The position numbers and the translations under genes are program-made. A stretch of DNA of 64,000 bases from Blastocladiella emersonii ATCC 22665 (lineage: Eukaryota; Fungi; Blastocladiomycota), in NCBI GenBank assembly GCA_025594325.1, contig JANHCV010000001.1, forward strand, positions 3,038,001 through 3,102,000. Direction: 5' to 3'. Positions 59,039 through 64,000 of this stretch are shown here, one piece after another. Within the stretch, counting starts at the first letter, position 1, and each line of letters begins with the position of its first letter. Below the pieces are notes generated by a model. The model saw nothing but the letters and a program-made list of their open reading frames with translations, made no database searches and was not told the DNA's origin.

Positions 59039-59517
59039 GACTGTACGTGCTAGCGAAGATCCATCAAACTGAGCGCATCGGGAGGTCGGGTGGCAGACGG
59101 GTTTGTATGTTCGGCGCGTCGCACAACCGCGCTGTCGCCCTGAGGCGTCGCCACATCAAGTCGTCGATCACACACACCCCTCTCGCTGTGAGAGACCCTT
59201 CCGCAGTTCTCTTGCCCAGCCTTGCCTCGCTGCCTGGGACTCCACGTGAGAGGGTTACTGCTACGTGAGCATTTTCGAGGCCCAGAGGGACGATGGCGCT
59301 TGAAAGTGAGCAGCGGACGTGGAGGCAGGGAGCACGAGTCCATGGTCGGCAAGGATCGCGGCGGATCCTGAAACCTTCCCTCCCAGGCCTCGTTTGAAAG
59401 AATCGTGGTCCCCGGCTAGTATTACAGGTAATTGTATGTCAGAATATGTCGGATAGATCGCGCTCGAGCTCAACCTGCGAACCGGCCGAGCTCCGCCGTC
59501 ACACACGAGCACGGCTA

Positions 59518-61554
59518 CTACGCGTCGGTCGCTGGTGGACTCGACGCCGCCGCCTTGGCTGGCGACTGCGGCGCAGGCGAGCGCGTGGGCGATGTGGGAG
59601 CGGGAGTCTCAGCGGGGGCAACCGCTTCCGACTCGAGAGGCCGAGCGGCAGCGGCGGCGACCTTGGGGCTCGAAACGGACATGGGGCTCGCCGGCTTGGG
59701 GCTGACGGGCTTCGGACTCGCCGCGGCGGCGTTGGGGCTCGCGTGCGGGGAAGCGCGCGGTGGCGAGGCGAGCGGGTGCTGGGCGGCCACTGTGTGCGCG
59801 ACGACCGAGCTGTTGGGCGAGGGCAAGTTGACGGGCGGGTCAATGTCCATGGGCATGCCGGGCGAGAGCGGCGTCTCGGCGCGCGAAACGGGCGCAGACG
59901 CGGAGGCGGCGGCCTGCAGACGCGCGACCGTGTCCTGGAGCTCCTTGATGGTGACGTGCGAGGCGTCGCGGACCTTGCGGAGCTCGGCAATCTCGTCGCG
60001 CAGCGTGTTGATGTCGGTCGAGACCTCGTAGTAGAAGGACCCGAGCGAGGCGATGAGGGCGCGCACGGCGTTGCGGTTGTGAGCGGCGTCCTCGGTCAGC
60101 TTGGCATTGTCGAGGACTTCGCGGGCGCCCGAGGCGTCGCGCTTCTCGTCGTCCATGTCGACCTTGCGCACGGCCTCGAGCATCAGGTGCAGGTGGTCGG
60201 CGACGGCCTCTTCCTTGTGGCGGTCCTGGGTGGCCGAGAAGTCGGCATCGGCGGCGGCGCGGCGGCGCTTGGACGAGGAGCCGCCCTGGACGGCGGGCGA
60301 GGCGTGGAGCGACGAGTGGCGGCGCTTGAGCGAGGCGACGGCGGCGTCGGCCTGGGCGTAGGCGGCGAGCTCGGCGTCGGACGGCAGCGTGGCCGTGTCG
60401 AGGATGGCCTTGATGTGGGCGCGGATCGGGAACGACAGCTTGGTCTCGTAGTGCTCGAAATCGTCCTGGTCAAACTCCTGCGACAGGAAGCGCGCGATCC
60501 ACGGGCGCTTGCGCTCGAGGACCAGGTCCTTGGACTCGATGGTGGCCTTGAAGACGAGGAACCGGTCCGTCGGGTTGAGCGAGGTCCAGTGGACAAAGTG
60601 CGGCTTCTGGCCCGACCGCATCACCTTGATCTCCATGGTGTGCGGCGTGAAAAGCTGCGGCCACGCCTCGGTCGGCGGGAACAGCATGCCGATGAGCGGC
60701 TGCGCGGGCTGCACCGTGCCAGCGGTACCGTTGGCACTGGCGCTGGCCGCAGCCGCGGCAGCAGCAGCGGCCGCCGAGCTCGATGCACGCGCGGAGCGGG
60801 TCGAAGTTGACGTGGCGGCGGGCGCGCTGGCCGTCGCGGGTGCCGCGGCAGGGGCAGCGGCAGCAGCCGCCGACGAGGCAGCGCTCGCGGCGGCAGCGGG
60901 CTGGCGCGTCAGCTTCTTGGACTCGGCGGTGACCTGGCGCGACGAGCGTCGCCGGGCCGGGCGGTCGCTCTCATCGGCCGACTCTTCCTAGAAAGTGTCG
61001 AGAGTGTGAGGGGGATGGTACGGCGCGAGCGCAGCGAGACACGGTCGTACCTGCTTGACCTCGGCGGGGGCGGGCTCGTCCGAAGCCATCGGGTTGTCGC
61101 CCTCGATCTGGTTGCCCTCGGCGTCGGCCGACGGGGCGGTCTCGCCCTCGAGAGGTTCGGGGAACCACTCCTCGTCCATGTTGGTGAGGACGGGGCCGGC
61201 GTGGATGATGTCAAACTTGGCGGGGATGTTGAGGTCGCGGGCGAGCTCGAGCAGCGACTCGAGGTCGTAGAAGATCTTGACGACGTTGCGCGAGGCGTGC
61301 GAGATCTTGCGGTAGCGGGTCAGGTCGTCGTCGTCGACGACCATGCGGCGCGAGTCGCGCTGGATGCGCTTGCGGACCTTGTTGTAGACCGAGTCGCCGT
61401 TGACCTTGGGCAGGTGCATGCACAGCATCACGAGCGGGTAGTAGAGGATGCCGCCCTCGTGCACGATCGCGTACACGACCTGCGGGTCGTCGTTGATGCG
61501 CACGGGCTGGATCCCGAAGCCCGGCAGCGGGTGGATGTGGCCGAGGTTGCTCAT
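59518..61554 (-). CDS. Hypothetical two-exon protein with two globular segments separated by Ala-rich linkers and a coiled-coil/SP-rich tail
   Basis: Exon 1 61554-61051, phase-0 intron 61050-60988, exon 2 60987-59518 in the frame of the 398-aa ORF; strong GC3 coding bias. Confidence 0.75.
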
Positions 61555-63496
61555 GGCGGCGGCGGGTACGGGGTGTCGGTGGTCGGTGGTCGGTGGTAAC
61601 GGCGGCAGAGGGACCTGATCACGGCGATGGAGGTGCGCGGGTCAGTGCTGTGCCGAGCGAGTCCATGCAAAGGTGCGATCCATGCAAGCCGTGTGATGAG
61701 GCCGAGGAGAGAAGGAGCGACTCAAGTAGAGCGGTCTAGGGCGGGTGGGAGGGAGACAGCGGCAACTGCATACCGTCTGTCGGTCGGGTTGCAGACCAAG
61801 TGGGAGACGGAACTAGCTATAGTCGGTGCTTGCGGTCGATGTGAAGGGCCGGCGAACGGGTTGCAGGGAGTGCCGGTCGTCGTGGTGGTGACGAGGTCGG
61901 TATGGGGTACGCGGCGGTGTCGACGCCGTCGTCGAGCGTCGCGGTCGGTCGGTCGGTCGTCGGTCGGGGGAGGGCGAGCGTGGCGCTGCGGGTGGTGAGC
62001 GGTCCGGGAGGCCGGCGTTGCGGGCGGTGCTGGTCGTCGTGGAAGGCGGGGCGCGGTGATGGGGGGCGGAGGCGAAACATGCGCTGGGGGAGCGTGGGCG
62101 GCGGACGGACGCGCGGCACGGCACGGTGGCCACGCCCGCTCGTGGGATGCGGCGGCGGGGCGGCGTGGCGGCTGACTGCGGGTGGCCTGCCGACGGCGGC
62201 CGCCGCCGCGAGCGTGCGCGACTTGGCACCTGCCGCCCACCCGGCCGCTCGGCCACCTCCAAACCACGCTTGCCTGCCCCGGCTGGGACCACGGCCACCG
62301 AGGGCCGCCGTGGACACGCGCCTCGGTTCAACCGTGCGGATCCACTCGACCCGCGTCCCAGCCGCCGCAGTCGCAGCCGACTCCCCGTCGCCGCGCACGC
62401 GGGCGCACGGGCCACCCCCGGCCACGTATACTACGCTCGACACCACGATGGCCAGCACCATGGCCAGGAGCTCGTTCAATCGCGGCCGCGACCTTGCCCG
62501 ACCGCCCCGATCCGCGGTTTGCCGACGGCGCTGGCAAGAAGTCGTCGGCTTAGATCGCGACCATCCAACACCGCGCACATCCTGGAAGCTTGAGCTGCGT
62601 AAGATCGTGTTGGTCTGTCCCGATCACCGCCGAACGTCGCAGCGAAGCGAAGCCTTGAGTCGAGAAGAGCGGGCATGCGCACAACTTGGAAAGCGCAAAC
62701 AGCTCTCCCACTTCAATCACACGTCAACCAGCGCGCGAGGCCGGTGTAACCCACGGCGCAAGCTCAGCAGCCATCACTGGCGGCATCATCGTCGCTCGCG
62801 CGAGGTGTGATACTGCTGATCGACGGGGACAACCTGGTTGAGCGCAGGCGACGTGGGTTCGGGTGTCGGACGGGAGGGCGAAGGCGCAGTCTAGCCTCGA
62901 AAGGGCACGAGGGACCTCCTCTCCGCCACGACGTCCCTCGAGACGACCGTGGCTCAGCGCGGCGGCAGTGGCGGGGCATCGACGCGTCTCACGAGCTTCG
63001 GGCGCCAGCGCCACTCAGCTGATCGCCGCCGACGCGCCGGTCGCTTCGCCTCTGGTCCCGACATTGCGACGTGCCCTCAAACGATACGACCACAACTCTA
63101 TGCAATCAACCTTTCGTCACGCAGGGCACCATGGCATCTAGTATTGGCTCCTTGCTACTCTCGCTCACCGGCGGGCTCCTGCTCATCGCGCTCGTCATCG
63201 CTTCCGGTCCGTGCTGACTGGTTGGCTCACGGAAGAAGCACTCGGACCTCATCACTTCCTGCCCGAGTGTAGCGTGGTTTGTCATGTGGAAGCTCATCCT
63301 CAGTCAAATCCCACTCGTGCGAGAGATGGCCGGCCTGCCACCGCTTCCTGTGTCGGCTCGACCACCGCGGAGCAAGCGCGAGCGCTCGGCCGCGCAAGAC
63401 TCTCCGCCCACGCTCCAGTTGTCGCGCTCAACGAGCCGAACCGCTCTCAACCTGCGCGACGTCGCTCCCGCCGCCCCGAGCGGGCAGCCCACTGAC

Positions 63497-63711
63497 ATGG
63501 CCGCCTCTATCATGCCCGGGACCCTCAAGCAGTCGGAGAGCATGGACGCCCTCGTCAACAACGCGGGCACAAACGGTCTCGTCATCGAGGACGACCACTT
63601 CGGCGACGGTTCGTCACCCTCGTCGTCGCGCGGCAGCTCGGGCACCCCGGCCGCCGCCGCCAAGCCGCTCAAGTCCATTCTCAAGCAGCGCGGGCCGCGG
63701 CAGCAGGACTC
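63497..63711 (+). CDS. Probable coding exon of an incomplete gene (contains KSILK motif)
   Basis: ATG at 63497, coding-like codons MAASIMPGTLKQSES...PLKSILKQR, then donor-like GTGAGT at 63712; no downstream exon identified. Confidence 0.4.
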
Positions 63712-63960
63712 GTGAGTGAGTGAGCATGGATTCAATCGAATTGAGCACCTGTATGAATGGAGTACACAAAACGCGCAGGCCATCTACATAAGATCTGTCG
63801 ACCACAGACCTGCGACCACATTGGCCGTAACCAATGCGATCGACACCACGAGGGGTCCCGTAGGACCAAAGGCGCAATGAAGCACCCGAGACGCAGGGGC
63901 CCGTCTCACCTCGGGGGGCAGTGGATTCGTTAGGGGAGCCGTTTGGGAGAGCGGGATGAG

Positions 63961-63992
63961 GAGAGGGAGGGAGGGAGGGAGGGAGGGAGGGG
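63961..63992. repeat. (GAGG)n simple repeat
   Basis: gagagggagggagggagggagggagggagggg at the window end. Confidence 0.7.
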
Positions 63993-64000
63993 AAGAAGAC

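Noticed and set aside
62600-63300. Short ORFs in the divergent intergenic region
   Set aside because: No motifs, inconsistent codon bias, and no splice-consistent gene model.
1-64000. tRNA, rRNA, snoRNA or CRISPR arrays
   Set aside because: By eye I found no T-loop/cloverleaf, rRNA-conserved blocks or repeat-spacer arrays. tRNAscan-SE/Infernal were not run, so small ncRNAs in introns cannot be excluded.

Overview
Gene-dense, very GC-rich eukaryotic DNA with short spliceosomal introns (GTACGC/GTGCGT/GTAAGC donors, CTRAC/CTCAC branch sites, YAG acceptors). The gene set includes cytochrome-b5-type chitin synthase, ICE2, Gvp36, fungal-type eEF1A, a Mei2-like protein, and a phosphorylase-kinase regulatory subunit, which Dikarya generally lack. 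This points to an early-diverging fungus, plausibly Blastocladiomycota (Allomyces/Blastocladiella-like); that assignment is inference only. I annotated about 27 protein-coding loci by hand, with splice junctions read from the sequence. There is one nested transposon island at about 23.8-29.0 kb. It holds a truncated IS3/IS481-like eukaryotic DDE transposase, an adjacent HECT-like E3 ligase ORF, a 297-bp MITE with nested inverted repeats, and a Ty3/Gypsy pol relic whose catalytic codons were lost through CpG transitions. Main observations: (1) the transposon-associated minimal HECT ligase; (2) a remodelled eEF1A paralog with altered GTPase and aminoacyl-tRNA motifs and an intron-split start codon, consistent with a dual EF-1alpha/EFL system; (3) a chitin synthase with degenerate catalytic motifs; (4) a phosphorylase-kinase subunit with an inserted ILEI/GG domain; (5) a large disordered protein with four SIM-like motifs; (6) an 11-mer-repeat LEA-like protein. 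I found no tRNA, rRNA or CRISPR features. Most listed long ORFs are antisense or frame-shadow artefacts of high GC content.
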